Origin: Candidatus Krumholzibacteriales bacterium
Lineage (GTDB): Bacteria; Krumholzibacteriota; Krumholzibacteriia; Krumholzibacteriales; WJIX01
Length of the DNA: 64,000 bases
Direction: 5' to 3'
Assembly: GCA_046483305.1 (NCBI GenBank)
Contig: JAWODM010000024.1
Location: forward strand, 25,714 to 89,713
This document shows, piece after piece, positions 1 through 9,445 of this stretch. Numbering within the stretch: the stretch's first letter is position 1; each line of letters opens with the position of its first letter. The position numbers were made by a program, and so were the translations under genes. A model generated the notes under the pieces. That model saw nothing but the letters and a program-made list of their open reading frames with translations, made no database searches and was not told the origin of the DNA.

Positions 1-89
1 CGAATATCGCCCTTTCCGCTTTCCAGCTGCTCCCTGACCGTTTCGAATCCGGGGAGCCCCTCTATTTTATCCTTCAGGCTGTTCCACAT
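1..89 (-). CDS. 5' end of a CDS running off the window (MWNSLKDKIEGLPGFETVREQLESGKGDI...); possibly Mfd, not identifiable
   Basis: ATG at 89 overlaps the end of the preceding gene; the frame is open to the window edge; only 29 codons are visible. Confidence 0.4.
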   Translation of the reverse strand, partial: MWNSLKDKIEGLPGFETVREQLESGKGDI

Positions 90-2139
90 TTTCTCTCCGG
101 CTTCCCGCCCGGCTCTGGGCCAACAGAAGCTCAATAATAAAAACCGCAATGGCCGCCATTATAACAGGCCCGGTTATTTCCTGGCCGTACCTGGCCTCCC
201 TGATGCTCGCCGATATTCCTTCACCTTCATTTATCACTTCCGGACCGGGCAGCCCCAGAGAATCGGCGAATTCCTCCGGGTTAATATACCGGAGGTTGGA
301 TTCCAGGGCGCAATCCGGATTCACCGACATCCTGCCCGCCACCTCCTGTCCCTGTTCCACTGTAATGAAACCGGGGCGCTGAAGCGCGGATATAACCAGC
401 TCATCTTCCTCTAACCGGTACGATAGCTCAGCTCCGGCGCCCTCCCTGCCTTCCGGTTCGAACAACAGCCGCGCCTGTTTTTCTCCTGTTATCTTCCATC
501 GCAGCTTCTCTCCCACCAGGGCTTCCGATTCCGGGCCTTCGCTGCCGGCGACGCTCAAAACAGCCTGCTGAACCAGGGGAAGGAAATACGGGGAAAGCAC
601 CAGGTCCCCGCCTGCCGCCTCGGGCAGGCAGAGTATAAAGAGCAGTTTTCCCTGCCCCCGCCGTTCCTGCCATATGAAAGGAGTCCCGTCCTTGAATCTC
701 ATTACCGTTGCCCGGCCGGGCACTCCCTCCATTACCGGTTCTATTATGAACCGGAGGCGGGAAAGCTTTTTTATGTCGTCCCTGCCGAAAGGCTTCAGCA
801 GATCGGGAACCCTGCCCGGATCATGCAGGGTTGCCTCCCTTCTTCTGAGCTCCACAACCGGCGAGAATGAACTTAACATGCCGGCTGTCTCCATCAGCCC
901 TTCCCGGACGAAAACTACCGCCCCTCCTCCCGATTCCAGGTAATCCGCCAGGATCCGGCGATCTTCTTCCCAGAGCTCCGGACCGCTTCCCAGCACCACC
1001 ACATCAGACTCCCTGATATCTTCGCTGGTCATCGATCTCGAACCGGTGACCTTCAGGTCTATATCACCGGCGGGGCCTCCCGGATTAAGGGCCTTCTCCA
1101 GATAAAACCTTTCATCACCGGCCAGCAGCACATCTATCCTTTCCCTGACCCTGATTACGAAGAACCTGCTGTTGTCATACCGCAGCCTGTCATCTCCAAG
1201 GGATACTTCTCCCCTCAGCCATCCCGTTCTGTCCGCCGGGAAAGAGAATTCCTCCAGCTTCCTCTGTCCGGGAGCCAGGCGGACTTCTCTGTTTATCAGC
1301 CGCTCGCCCTCCAGGAAAATACTCACCGGAACAACCTCCGGCTCTCTTGCCGATCCGTTGAGAATGGTCACTTCTATGGAAACCACTTCCCCTTTATGAA
1401 TGGCCGATTCGGGCCTCCGGATATCCAGAATCGCCAGATTATGCGAAGAGCTTTCTGTCACCGGGACCATGAAGAGCGAGGTCTCTGCGGCCCGCATGCC
1501 TTCAAACTCATCCAGCCGCCCGTCAACGGCTCCGGGCCCCGCTGCCCTGAAATCGGATATCAGATAAAGCTCCCTGATCTGATAGCCGCTCTGTTCAAGC
1601 ATCCGGTAACCGGCCTTGATTCCCCGGGCCAGATCAGTACTCTTCCAGGACTGTTCAATCTTCTCCAGCCTTTCCAGGGCGAACCCTCTTCCCTTGCCGC
1701 CGGTCTCGAATACCTTTTCCGCGTTCTGATCCACCGCCGCCAATATCAGCCTGTCATTATCACCCGATTCCCTGATGACCTCCGCGGCTACCCTCTTAGC
1801 CCGCTCCAGGAGAGAACCGGACCCGCTTTCAAGCCCCATGCTGTAACTTCTATCCAGAATTATACATGTAGCGGCCGGCGCCTTCCCCGGCACCACCGCT
1901 CCCCTTATTACCGGCCGGGAGAAGGCCAGCGCCACCAGCGCCACGGCCGTCATCCTGAGAACCAGCAGGAGTATCCTCCTTAAATTTATTCTCTTCATGC
2001 TGCGCCGCTGTGATGTCCGCAGAAAGTCCAGGGAGCTGAACCGCACCCGGGGAACCCTTCTGCGGCTGAAGAAATGTACTATCAGAGGTATCGCCACAGC
2101 AGCCAGAGAGATCAGAAATGCAGGATTAAGAAAATTCAT
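67..2139 (-). CDS. BatA N-terminal domain / vWA-domain membrane protein (MoxR-associated)
   Basis: N-terminal 'FLNPAFL..LAAVAIPLIVHFF..R' BatA motif, MIDAS-like DRSYS, C-terminal TM helix; lies downstream of DUF58 and MoxR. Confidence 0.85.
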   Translation of the reverse strand: MNFLNPAFLISLAAVAIPLIVHFFSRRRVPRVRFSSLDFLRTSQRRSMKRINLRRILLLVLRMTAVALVALAFSRPVIRGAVVPGKAPAATCIILDRSYSMGLESGSGSLLERAKRVAAEVIRESGDNDRLILAAVDQNAEKVFETGGKGRGFALERLEKIEQSWKSTDLARGIKAGYRMLEQSGYQIRELYLISDFRAAGPGAVDGRLDEFEGMRAAETSLFMVPVTESSSHNLAILDIRRPESAIHKGEVVSIEVTILNGSAREPEVVPVSIFLEGERLINREVRLAPGQRKLEEFSFPADRTGWLRGEVSLGDDRLRYDNSRFFVIRVRERIDVLLAGDERFYLEKALNPGGPAGDIDLKVTGSRSMTSEDIRESDVVVLGSGPELWEEDRRILADYLESGGGAVVFVREGLMETAGMLSSFSPVVELRRREATLHDPGRVPDLLKPFGRDDIKKLSRLRFIIEPVMEGVPGRATVMRFKDGTPFIWQERRGQGKLLFILCLPEAAGGDLVLSPYFLPLVQQAVLSVAGSEGPESEALVGEKLRWKITGEKQARLLFEPEGREGAGAELSYRLEEDELVISALQRPGFITVEQGQEVAGRMSVNPDCALESNLRYINPEEFADSLGLPGPEVINEGEGISASIREARYGQEITGPVIMAAIAVFIIELLLAQSRAGSRRENVEQPEG

Positions 2140-2147
2140 CTCTTTTT

Positions 2148-3053
2148 TCAGTTCATCTTTTTTCTTTTATTAAGGTACGCGACCAGGGCTTCGTCGAAGG
2201 TGGCGGCCAGAGAGAGAAGGTTGTAATCTATACCGCTGTCCCTGCATTCAATCTCCAGGCGCCTGGTCCAGCCGGTGACTTTCCGGGCATATTCTGTTTC
2301 CAGAAACCATGGCTGGGTCCTGATGGTTTCTCCGGTCTCCATATCCTCGAACTGTACTTCTTTCTTATAATCCAGGTTCAGCTCCATGGGATCCAGCACA
2401 TGAAAAACCAGCGCCTCGTGCCCCCTGCTCCTGAATCTCTTAAGGGTCTGAAGGACCTCATCCGGGTTATCCATCAGATCGCTTATTACCACAACCAGCC
2501 CTCTTCTGTTTATCCTCTCGGCCACCTCTCCGAGAGCTGAACTGATGCCGGTCCCCGCTCCGGGCCTCACTCTTCCCAGCTCCCTGAGAATGTGATGGAG
2601 ATGGCTCTTTACCGACCGGTGAGGGGTCATAAGGGTGATCTTTTCGTCGAACAGAGTCAGCCCCACCGCGTCTCTCTGCCTGATCATCAGGTAGCTGAGG
2701 GCGGCTCCCAGAAGCGAAGCATATTCCAGCTTGGTGACATCCCCGCTTCCGAAACCCATAGACCCCGAACGGTCGATGATCAACGAGCAGCGCAGGTTCG
2801 TTTCGTCTTCGAATATTCTTATATAGTAACGGTCTGTCCGGGCGAACAGTTTCCAGTCGATCTGCCTGGTCGACTCACCCGGTATATATCTTCTGTATTC
2901 CGAAAATTCAGCCGAAAATCCATGATACGGCGACCTGTGAATTCCCGCTATAAACCCCTCTACGATCAGCCTGGCCCGCAGAGCCATATTGGAAAGCCTG
3001 CTCACTACCCGCGGATCCAGGAATCTTTCCGAATCTCTCTTTCCGGTGTCCAT
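2148..3053 (-). CDS. DUF58 family protein (MoxR-associated vWA-like)
   Basis: G.HRSP..G.S.EF.EYR.Y.PG..R.IDWK..AR motif; DRSGSM; ISDL. Confidence 0.9.
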   Translation of the reverse strand: MDTGKRDSERFLDPRVVSRLSNMALRARLIVEGFIAGIHRSPYHGFSAEFSEYRRYIPGESTRQIDWKLFARTDRYYIRIFEDETNLRCSLIIDRSGSMGFGSGDVTKLEYASLLGAALSYLMIRQRDAVGLTLFDEKITLMTPHRSVKSHLHHILRELGRVRPGAGTGISSALGEVAERINRRGLVVVISDLMDNPDEVLQTLKRFRSRGHEALVFHVLDPMELNLDYKKEVQFEDMETGETIRTQPWFLETEYARKVTGWTRRLEIECRDSGIDYNLLSLAATFDEALVAYLNKRKKMN

Positions 3054-3062
3054 CCTTCAACC

Positions 3063-4046
3063 CTACACCTTTCCGGCCGAGACCGCCTCCATCAGCCTGT
3101 CTATCAATTCGTCGGTGCTTACTCCGTCAGCTTCTGCATGAAAATTGGTTACCAGCCTGTGACGCAGAACCGGGTGAGCCACCTCCCTTACGTCCATTAT
3201 TTCGGGAGTGGTCCTGCCCAGCATTACAGATCTGGTCTTGGCCGCCAGAATCAGGTACTGCCCCGCTCTGGGGCCCGCTCCCCAGGAAAGGTATCTGCCA
3301 AGCTCCCTCTCCTTCTTCTCCCTGGTCATCCTGACCAGGCTGACGGCGTAATGGAGCACATCTCTGGAGACCGGCACTTTCTTTACGGCCTCTCTGATCT
3401 CCAGAATATCCTTTCCATCCAGAACCGTCTCTGTCCGGGGCAGATCGGCGGAAGTGGTTTTCTCCACTATCTCCAGCTCCTCTTCCTCGGCCGGGTAATC
3501 CACCCTTATATCAAACATGAACCGGTCCAGCTGCGCTTCCGGAAGCGGATAGGTTCCTTCCAGTTCTATGGGGTTCCTGGTGGCCAGCACAAAGAAAGGC
3601 CTGTCCAGGGGCCTGGTCTTGCCCCCCACAGTGACCTCCAGCTCCTGCATCGCCTGCAGAAGCGCCGCCTGAGTCTTCGGTGGCGTCCGGTTGATTTCAT
3701 CGGCCAGTACGATATTGGCAAATACCGGCCCCTCGATGAACTTGAACACCCGGTTGCCGGTTGTCCTGTCTTCCTCCAGGACCTCGGTTCCCATAATATC
3801 GCTGGGCATCAGATCAGGAGTGAACTGGATTCTGGAAAAATCCAGGTTCAGGCATTTTGCCACCGTGGAGACAAGCAGGGTCTTGGCCAGCCCCGGAACC
3901 CCCACCAGGATACAGTGCCCCCCGGCGAAAAGGGCGGTCAGAAGCTGTGTTACCACTTCCTTCTGGCCGATTATTACCTTTCCGATCTCGGAACTGAGAA
4001 GATCGTGCGCCCTGGTAAATTTTTCAAAAAGATGCTCTTCATTCAT
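3063..4046 (-). CDS. moxR: MoxR family AAA+ ATPase
   Basis: Walker A GVPGLAKT, RIQFTPDLMPSD, LADEINRTPPKTQAALLQAM, EGTYPLPEAQLDRF. Confidence 0.93.
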   Translation of the reverse strand: MNEEHLFEKFTRAHDLLSSEIGKVIIGQKEVVTQLLTALFAGGHCILVGVPGLAKTLLVSTVAKCLNLDFSRIQFTPDLMPSDIMGTEVLEEDRTTGNRVFKFIEGPVFANIVLADEINRTPPKTQAALLQAMQELEVTVGGKTRPLDRPFFVLATRNPIELEGTYPLPEAQLDRFMFDIRVDYPAEEEELEIVEKTTSADLPRTETVLDGKDILEIREAVKKVPVSRDVLHYAVSLVRMTREKKERELGRYLSWGAGPRAGQYLILAAKTRSVMLGRTTPEIMDVREVAHPVLRHRLVTNFHAEADGVSTDELIDRLMEAVSAGKV

Positions 4047-4087
4047 ATTATCATCCCTTGCTTCAGCTTCTGTCCGGCAGTTACCGT

Positions 4088-5977
4088 TTAAACCTGTTCA
4101 TCTCCTGAAATCCCCTTGAGATGTTTATTCAGGAATTTCAGGATCTCTCCGTATCCCTCTATCTTGTTCTCCCGTTTCATGAACCCGTGGCCCTCATCTT
4201 CAAAAACCAGATACCTGACATCCACACCGTTTTCCCTGACCGCTTCCACTATCTCGTCCGATTCAACTTTCAGCACCCGGGGATCGTTGGCGCCCTGCAG
4301 TACCATCAGCGGCCTGGTTATCCTGTCCGCGTGAAAGAGCGGAGAAATCTTCCTCAGGTACTCCTCATCCCTTTCGGGGTCTCCCATCTCCTCATACAGG
4401 GCCTCGCGGTAACTCTCCCACCAGTCCGGAATGCTCCTGAGGGTCCTGAGCCAGTTCGATACCCCGAAAATGTCCACTCCGGCGGCAAATTCTTCGGGCC
4501 TGAAACTCAAAGCCGCCAGTACCATATACCCTCCGTAGCTTCCTCCCATAATTCCGATCTTCTCAGGATCAACCCTGCCGGTCCCGACAAGAAACTCCTT
4601 CCCCTCCACGCAGTCTGCGAGGTCGTCCTGTCCGTGTTTCCTGTCGTCAAGCTTGTAGAACCTCTTTCCGTACCCGGAGCTCCCGCGGTTATTTACCGCC
4701 AGCACGGCGTACCCGTGGTTTGCCAGGAACTGAATTACCGAGTTGTAACCTACCCTGGACTGGCCCCCGGGGCCGCCGTGTACCATTACCAGTCCCGGCA
4801 CCCTGTTGTCCTCATCCGCCTCCCCGGGCATGTAAAGTATCGCTGGTATTTCCAGCCCGTCGAAGGATTCGTACCTGACCACTTCAGCCTCTACCAGGTC
4901 GTCCTTATCGATCTCCGGATTCATGGTATCGGTCAGCCTCCTGTAGACGCCGTTTTCAAGATTGTATATGTATAGATTATTGGGGGAGGTAGAACCGTTC
5001 ACATAGAAGCGCATCAGTTCCTCGCTCCTGGATATACCCACGGAAGTGATCACTCCCTCCGGGAGATCGGGAAGGCTCACCAGTTCCCCCTTCTCTCTGT
5101 CGCGGACCCTTATCCCGGTCCTGCCGTCCCGGTTGATCGCGGTAACCCTGTACTTTCCCCCCCGGGAAAGAAGTGAATAGGTTATATCCCAGTCTGCCTC
5201 TTCGACCTTTTCAGTCTTTCCGGTTTCAATATCATAAATCTTCAGGTAGATGAACTGACTTCCTTCGTCGGTAAGGAAAAAGAGTTTCCCTGAATCGACA
5301 CTGAAACCGGAAGGGGTGTTTCTGACATCTCTCTGGTGCCCGGTTATCAGCTCAACTTCACCGGTCTTTCGGTCATAGAGGTAGATATCGATATCGGTCC
5401 GGGTTCTCTCCCTGGAGAATGCAACATAACGCATATCATTGGAGACCGCCCCGAAGTCCAGGCCGGCGTCATTGACATAGAGCATCTCTGGCTCGAAACT
5501 CTCTATGTCCATGGTATATACATCCATGTAACGGCTGTCACGTTTATTGGACCCGAAAATGATCATACTTTCGTCGTGGCTCCAGCCGTAAAAGACTGAC
5601 CTGGCGTTCTCCCAGGGCGTCAGGTCCCTGACCTTCCCATCCAGACCCATCATATAAATGTGATAGATCTCGTTTCCGCCGGTGTCGCTCAGGAAAAGAA
5701 ACCGGTCGTCACCGGGGAAGTAACTGAGGGTGAACACGGAATTGTCATCGGAATCTGTCAGCTGCTTGATCTTCCCTCCCTTTACCGGTATCGAAAAAGC
5801 GTTATAGACACCCGTTCTGTCGCTTGTGAAGAGGACTCTCTTTTCATCCGCGCTGAAAGAGCCGCCCAGAACCTGTTCTGTATTCATGAACTGTTCTATG
5901 GTGTAGCGCTCAACCTCATCCGAGCAGCCCGGGACGAAAATTAAAACAATTAATATAATATTAACGGCCGTTCTCAT
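4088..5977 (-). CDS. S9 family (prolyl oligopeptidase / acylaminoacyl peptidase) lipoprotein
   Basis: Lipobox-like FVPGC; beta-propeller region; HGGP, GGSYGG nucleophile, GANDPRV, DEGHG triad motifs. Confidence 0.92.
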   Translation of the reverse strand: MRTAVNIILIVLIFVPGCSDEVERYTIEQFMNTEQVLGGSFSADEKRVLFTSDRTGVYNAFSIPVKGGKIKQLTDSDDNSVFTLSYFPGDDRFLFLSDTGGNEIYHIYMMGLDGKVRDLTPWENARSVFYGWSHDESMIIFGSNKRDSRYMDVYTMDIESFEPEMLYVNDAGLDFGAVSNDMRYVAFSRERTRTDIDIYLYDRKTGEVELITGHQRDVRNTPSGFSVDSGKLFFLTDEGSQFIYLKIYDIETGKTEKVEEADWDITYSLLSRGGKYRVTAINRDGRTGIRVRDREKGELVSLPDLPEGVITSVGISRSEELMRFYVNGSTSPNNLYIYNLENGVYRRLTDTMNPEIDKDDLVEAEVVRYESFDGLEIPAILYMPGEADEDNRVPGLVMVHGGPGGQSRVGYNSVIQFLANHGYAVLAVNNRGSSGYGKRFYKLDDRKHGQDDLADCVEGKEFLVGTGRVDPEKIGIMGGSYGGYMVLAALSFRPEEFAAGVDIFGVSNWLRTLRSIPDWWESYREALYEEMGDPERDEEYLRKISPLFHADRITRPLMVLQGANDPRVLKVESDEIVEAVRENGVDVRYLVFEDEGHGFMKRENKIEGYGEILKFLNKHLKGISGDEQV

Positions 5978-6294
5978 CCTATCTCCTCTCGCAGGGAGTG
6001 ATCATATTAATCCCTACACTAACTTATACATTAATATATTAAACAGTTCCAATTCTTTCTACAGCCAAAAGGGAAGGCGCCGATATATTCCGCGCGCACT
6101 ATACCTGTCAGCTTGCTCCCCGGCCCGGGGACCAGCCCTCCCGGCCCCGACTCGTCTGACCGCAGCCCTGAAATTAAACCAATCATGGTCTCTACTTTAA
6201 ATATCTGCCTTCAGCTGTTTCCTGGATATAATTATTAAGTTAAGACATTATAATAATTACTCTTATATGAATAACTGTCACAAATAAACAGCAA

Positions 6295-6351
6295 TGCCTT
6301 TATGACATGTCAAATATGTATTTGCTGTCAGCACAAGCTGCCAAAATGGCA
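6295..6351. promoter_or_regulatory. Candidate enhancer (UAS) palindromes for a sigma54 activator
   Basis: TGCCAAAATGGCA (6339-6351) and the related TGCCTTTATGACA (6295-6307), about 100-150 bp upstream of the -24/-12 site. Confidence 0.4.
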
Positions 6352-6405
6352 TTAATATCATGTTCGTTTTGCGGCTTTTCCAAAAGCTTCAGCGGACATG
6401 CTCTA

Positions 6406-6418
6406 TAACTAGTTGTTA
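6406..6418 (-). promoter_or_regulatory. Candidate IHF site
   Basis: Reverse complement TAACAACTAGTTA versus consensus WATCAANNNNTTR (1 mismatch), between the UAS and the -24 element. Confidence 0.4.
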
Positions 6419-6446
6419 TATTACACATTACATAACCTTAAAATTG

Positions 6447-6463
6447 TTGGCATGGAAGATGCA
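6447..6463 (+). promoter_or_regulatory. Sigma54 (-24/-12) promoter of hsp20
   Basis: TTGGCATGGAAGATGCA: GG-N10-GC spacing exact, about 70 bp before the ATG. Confidence 0.65.
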
Positions 6464-6531
6464 ATAATTATTCAGCGAGTGTGAAAAAGATGGTGATGAA
6501 AAACGAGAAACAGAGAAAAAGGAGGTAAGAG

Positions 6532-6969
6532 ATGAGTCTTATCAAATGGAATCCCGGAAGAATGCTGAGGCCTTTGGATTTCGAAAGCCTTTTTGACAAC
6601 TTTTTCGACAATGCCCCTTATCCCGTAAAGAGGGATGACATCTGGATGCCGAGAGTCGATGTCCAGGAGATGGATGACAGGTTCGAAGTTAATGCCGAAC
6701 TGCCTGGCATGAAGAAAGAGGATATCGATATAGGGCTTCAGGAAGACAGGCTGACTATCAAGGGTCAGAAGGAAACCGAAGAGGAAACCAACAACAAGAA
6801 ATATTACATCCGCGAAAGGGTTTGCGGTAAGTTCGAGAGAAGCTTCACCCTTCCCGAGAATGTGGACAAAGACAAGATAGAAGCCAAATTCAAAGACGGT
6901 GTCCTCAAGCTCGAGATCCCCAAGACCGAAGTTCCTCAGAAGGAGGAGGTCAAAATAAAAGTTAAGTGA
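6532..6969 (+). CDS. Hsp20/alpha-crystallin small heat shock protein
   Basis: PRVDV.E..D...V.AELPG.KKEDIDI, ER..GKFERSFTLP, A.FKDGVL.LEIPK; RBS AGGAGG. Confidence 0.95.
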   Translation: MSLIKWNPGRMLRPLDFESLFDNFFDNAPYPVKRDDIWMPRVDVQEMDDRFEVNAELPGMKKEDIDIGLQEDRLTIKGQKETEEETNNKKYYIRERVCGKFERSFTLPENVDKDKIEAKFKDGVLKLEIPKTEVPQKEEVKIKVK

Positions 6970-7002
6970 TTACGCTCCTTTCATTGGCAGCGGGATAAGA
7001 CG

Positions 7003-7040
7003 AAGAGGCAGGAATTTGAATCTCCTGCCTCTTTTTTGTT
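7003..7040 (+). terminator. Intrinsic terminator of hsp20
   Basis: AAGAGGCAGGA / TCCTGCCTCTT stem followed by a T-tract. Confidence 0.8.
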
Positions 7041-7053
7041 ATTAGCCCGCTCC

Positions 7054-7268
7054 CTCAGAGTTCCAGGAGTTTCCCCAAAAAATAAGCCAGAATGTCGGCA
7101 AGGTAATCTTTAATAACAACTTAGTTTTGATAGCAACTGGAATCGGCCTTAAGCATTGATAGAAGCGGCTGAGTGATTAATCTTATATTAATCACTCAGC
7201 CGCAAACCAAACGAATAATTAAACTACCTGATATATTTTAAAATTTGGGAAACTCCAACTCAGAGTTC
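7054..7268. mobile_element. MITE-like non-autonomous element (about 195 bp) with 10-bp flanking direct repeats
   Basis: CTCAGAGTTC at 7054-7063 and 7259-7268; inverted ends GGAGTTTCCC (7066-7075) / GGGAAACTCC (7247-7256); AT-rich interior without a coding ORF. Confidence 0.55.
7165..7203. repeat. Perfect 17-bp inverted repeat
   Basis: GCGGCTGAGTGATTAAT-CTTAT-ATTAATCACTCAGCCGC. Confidence 0.95.
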
Positions 7269-7722
7269 ACCTTGACCATACACCCTTTTTCTTCTTATCC
7301 TGCTCTTCTTCCTTCTTCGGCTGATCCTGCTCTTTCTTATTTTCTACGGTCCCGCTCTTGACCCCGGGAAACTTCTCAGACGGCTTCTTGTCCGGGCTCA
7401 TACTGCAATTTCCTTCGAAGAACACACCCTCGTCAATAACCAGCCGCTTGGTCCTTATATCACCCTCGAGTCTTGAGCCTGACTGCAGCTCAAGCTTGTC
7501 GTCGGCTTCTATATTCCCCAGCACGGTCCCACCTATAATGGCATGTTTTACCTGTATGTCGGCCTTAACGCGGCCATCCTTGCCGACCACCAGTGTTTCG
7601 GGACAGCTGACTGTTCCCTCAAATTCGCCGTCAATTCTCACGGTCCCCTCTGTAATCTCCATAGTTCCCGTGATCTTGCATCCCTGCCCCAGGATCGAAT
7701 TCATCTTTCCTTCTGCAGCCAT
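7267..7722 (-). CDS. Bactofilin (polymer-forming cytoskeletal protein, CcmA family)
   Basis: SILGQGCKITG...VRIDGEFEG.V.....LVVGKDG.VKADI....IIGG.V.GNI.A..KLEL......GDI....LVIDEG..FEG.C.M beta-helix; start moved to ATG 7722 (RBS AAGGAAGG). Confidence 0.9.
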   Translation of the reverse strand: MAAEGKMNSILGQGCKITGTMEITEGTVRIDGEFEGTVSCPETLVVGKDGRVKADIQVKHAIIGGTVLGNIEADDKLELQSGSRLEGDIRTKRLVIDEGVFFEGNCSMSPDKKPSEKFPGVKSGTVENKKEQDQPKKEEEQDKKKKGVWSR

Positions 7723-7789
7723 TTTCACACCTTCCTTCTTGTTTTCCTTCACTTCTCTCTCAATTTATATAAACACAACCGGAACCGTT

Positions 7790-8554
7790 TTACAACAAAT
7801 AGTTGAGAGGGTCGACATAGATGTTGTTTCTTTTCACCGCAAAATGCAGGTGCGGCGATGTGCTCTTTCCCGAATTCCCCGAGTAGGCTATGGTCTGCCC
7901 CCTGGCAACCCTTTCCCCCTTCTTGACCACTATTCTCTCATTGTGGCCGTAAACGGTCCGCAGTCCGTTACCATGTTCTATCTCTATGGTATAACCGTAG
8001 ATTTCATCCCAGCCCGATTCAACCACATACCCGGCCGCGGCGGCCCTTACCGGCTCTCCCTTCTCTACCGCAATATCAATTCCGTTGTGATATTCATTGC
8101 TGCTCTCACTGACCGAAACATTGAATTTCCTGGTTATGAAGCCTCTGACCGGCCAGAAGCTGGGAGTTGTCTGCAGCAGTGAAGTTTCCACCCTTCCATT
8201 ATCAGCGCCGCGGCTGACATCTTCAGCCCTCGCGGCATCTTCTCCCCTGAGGGTATCCTCTATACCCAGCATCAGATACAGCTGTTCGTTAAGCCCCTGG
8301 ATCCTTCCCATGTTAATAACTACCTGGCTCATTTTCCTGTTTCTGTCCCTCAGCTCGTCCAGTTGCCTCTGCATTGAAATCATTTCGTTGGTTTTCAGTA
8401 TCAGCTTCCCGTAAGTGGCCACAAACAGGCTCACCGCGATAAACCCCACCCCCAGAACGGCCAGGATTGCATACAGAACCTTGTACGGGATCCTGTAAGT
8501 CCTGGTCTTCTTCACATCGTGCGGAACGATAATTATTGAAAGCTTGTCTTTCAT
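7790..8554 (-). CDS. M23 family peptidoglycan endopeptidase with N-terminal TM and coiled coil
   Basis: HNGIDI, YGH, STSPHLHF M23 zinc motifs. Confidence 0.92.
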   Translation of the reverse strand: MKDKLSIIIVPHDVKKTRTYRIPYKVLYAILAVLGVGFIAVSLFVATYGKLILKTNEMISMQRQLDELRDRNRKMSQVVINMGRIQGLNEQLYLMLGIEDTLRGEDAARAEDVSRGADNGRVETSLLQTTPSFWPVRGFITRKFNVSVSESSNEYHNGIDIAVEKGEPVRAAAAGYVVESGWDEIYGYTIEIEHGNGLRTVYGHNERIVVKKGERVARGQTIAYSGNSGKSTSPHLHFAVKRNNIYVDPLNYLL

Positions 8555-8587
8555 AATATCTCAATCAGGCCCGGCCCGGGCTTCCGG

Positions 8588-9445
8588 TCACTCCCCGAAA
8601 GGCAGATCAAGCCCCATATTCTCGAGGACGCCCTCAAACTGCTCGTTAGAATAATAAGTTATCCTGATCACTCCGCCCTTTCTCCCCGGCTGAATTTTAA
8701 CCTTTGTGCCCAGGTGTATCTCCAGCTTCTCCTCAAGAGCCCTCAACTCGGGATCTCTTTCCCTCTTCCTGGGTTTTCTCCTGCTTCCGGGCCCGGCGCC
8801 CTTCTCCAGGTCTCGTACCGTAAGCTGTTCGCTGACAACCCTTTTGGCCGCCCTTACCTTCTCCGAGTCGTCATCTATGGCCAGTATGGCCCTGGCATGC
8901 CCTTCTGTTAAATCCCCGCTGTTTATCAGCTCCTTGACCTCTGCCGGAAGCTTGAGAAGCCTTATGGTGTTGGCGATAGTGCTTCTGCCCTTACCGAGAG
9001 CCCTTCCAATCTCCGCAGTGGAGACCCCCAGCTCTTCCTTGAGCGCTCTGAACCCCGCCGCCTTTTCGATAGGGTTCAGGTCTTCTCTCTGAAGATTCTC
9101 AAGAAGAGCCAGCTTCAATGAGTTTTCATCATCTATATCTCTTACCAGCGCCGGAATTTCCTTAAGCTCCAGGATCCTGGACGCCCTCAGCCTTCTCTCT
9201 CCTGCTACCAGCTCATACCCGCTGCCTGTCCTTCTAACCACTATCGGCTGGAGAATACCGTTCTCTCTGATTGATTCGGCCAGCTCCCGGAGCTCATTCT
9301 CCCCGAACACCTGTCTGGGCTGATGCGGGTTGGGGGCGATTTCATCAACTTTCAGATTGATAACCTTCTCGCTCGCGGAAACGTTCTCCTTTATTTCTCT
9401 GGGTATCAGAGCTTCCAATCCCCGTCCCAATACTTTCTTCCTCAT
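8588..9445 (-). CDS. parB: Chromosome partitioning protein ParB (Spo0J)
   Basis: LGRGL.AL N-terminal peptide, PNPHQPR, ELVAGERRLRA, ENLQREDLNPIE, HTH. Confidence 0.96.
   Translation of the reverse strand: MRKKVLGRGLEALIPREIKENVSASEKVINLKVDEIAPNPHQPRQVFGENELRELAESIRENGILQPIVVRRTGSGYELVAGERRLRASRILELKEIPALVRDIDDENSLKLALLENLQREDLNPIEKAAGFRALKEELGVSTAEIGRALGKGRSTIANTIRLLKLPAEVKELINSGDLTEGHARAILAIDDDSEKVRAAKRVVSEQLTVRDLEKGAGPGSRRKPRKRERDPELRALEEKLEIHLGTKVKIQPGRKGGVIRITYYSNEQFEGVLENMGLDLPFGE

Noticed and set aside
2592..4091. 499-aa plus-strand ORF
   Set aside because: Antisense shadow of moxR/DUF58 with no recognisable motifs; long shadows are expected from this codon bias.
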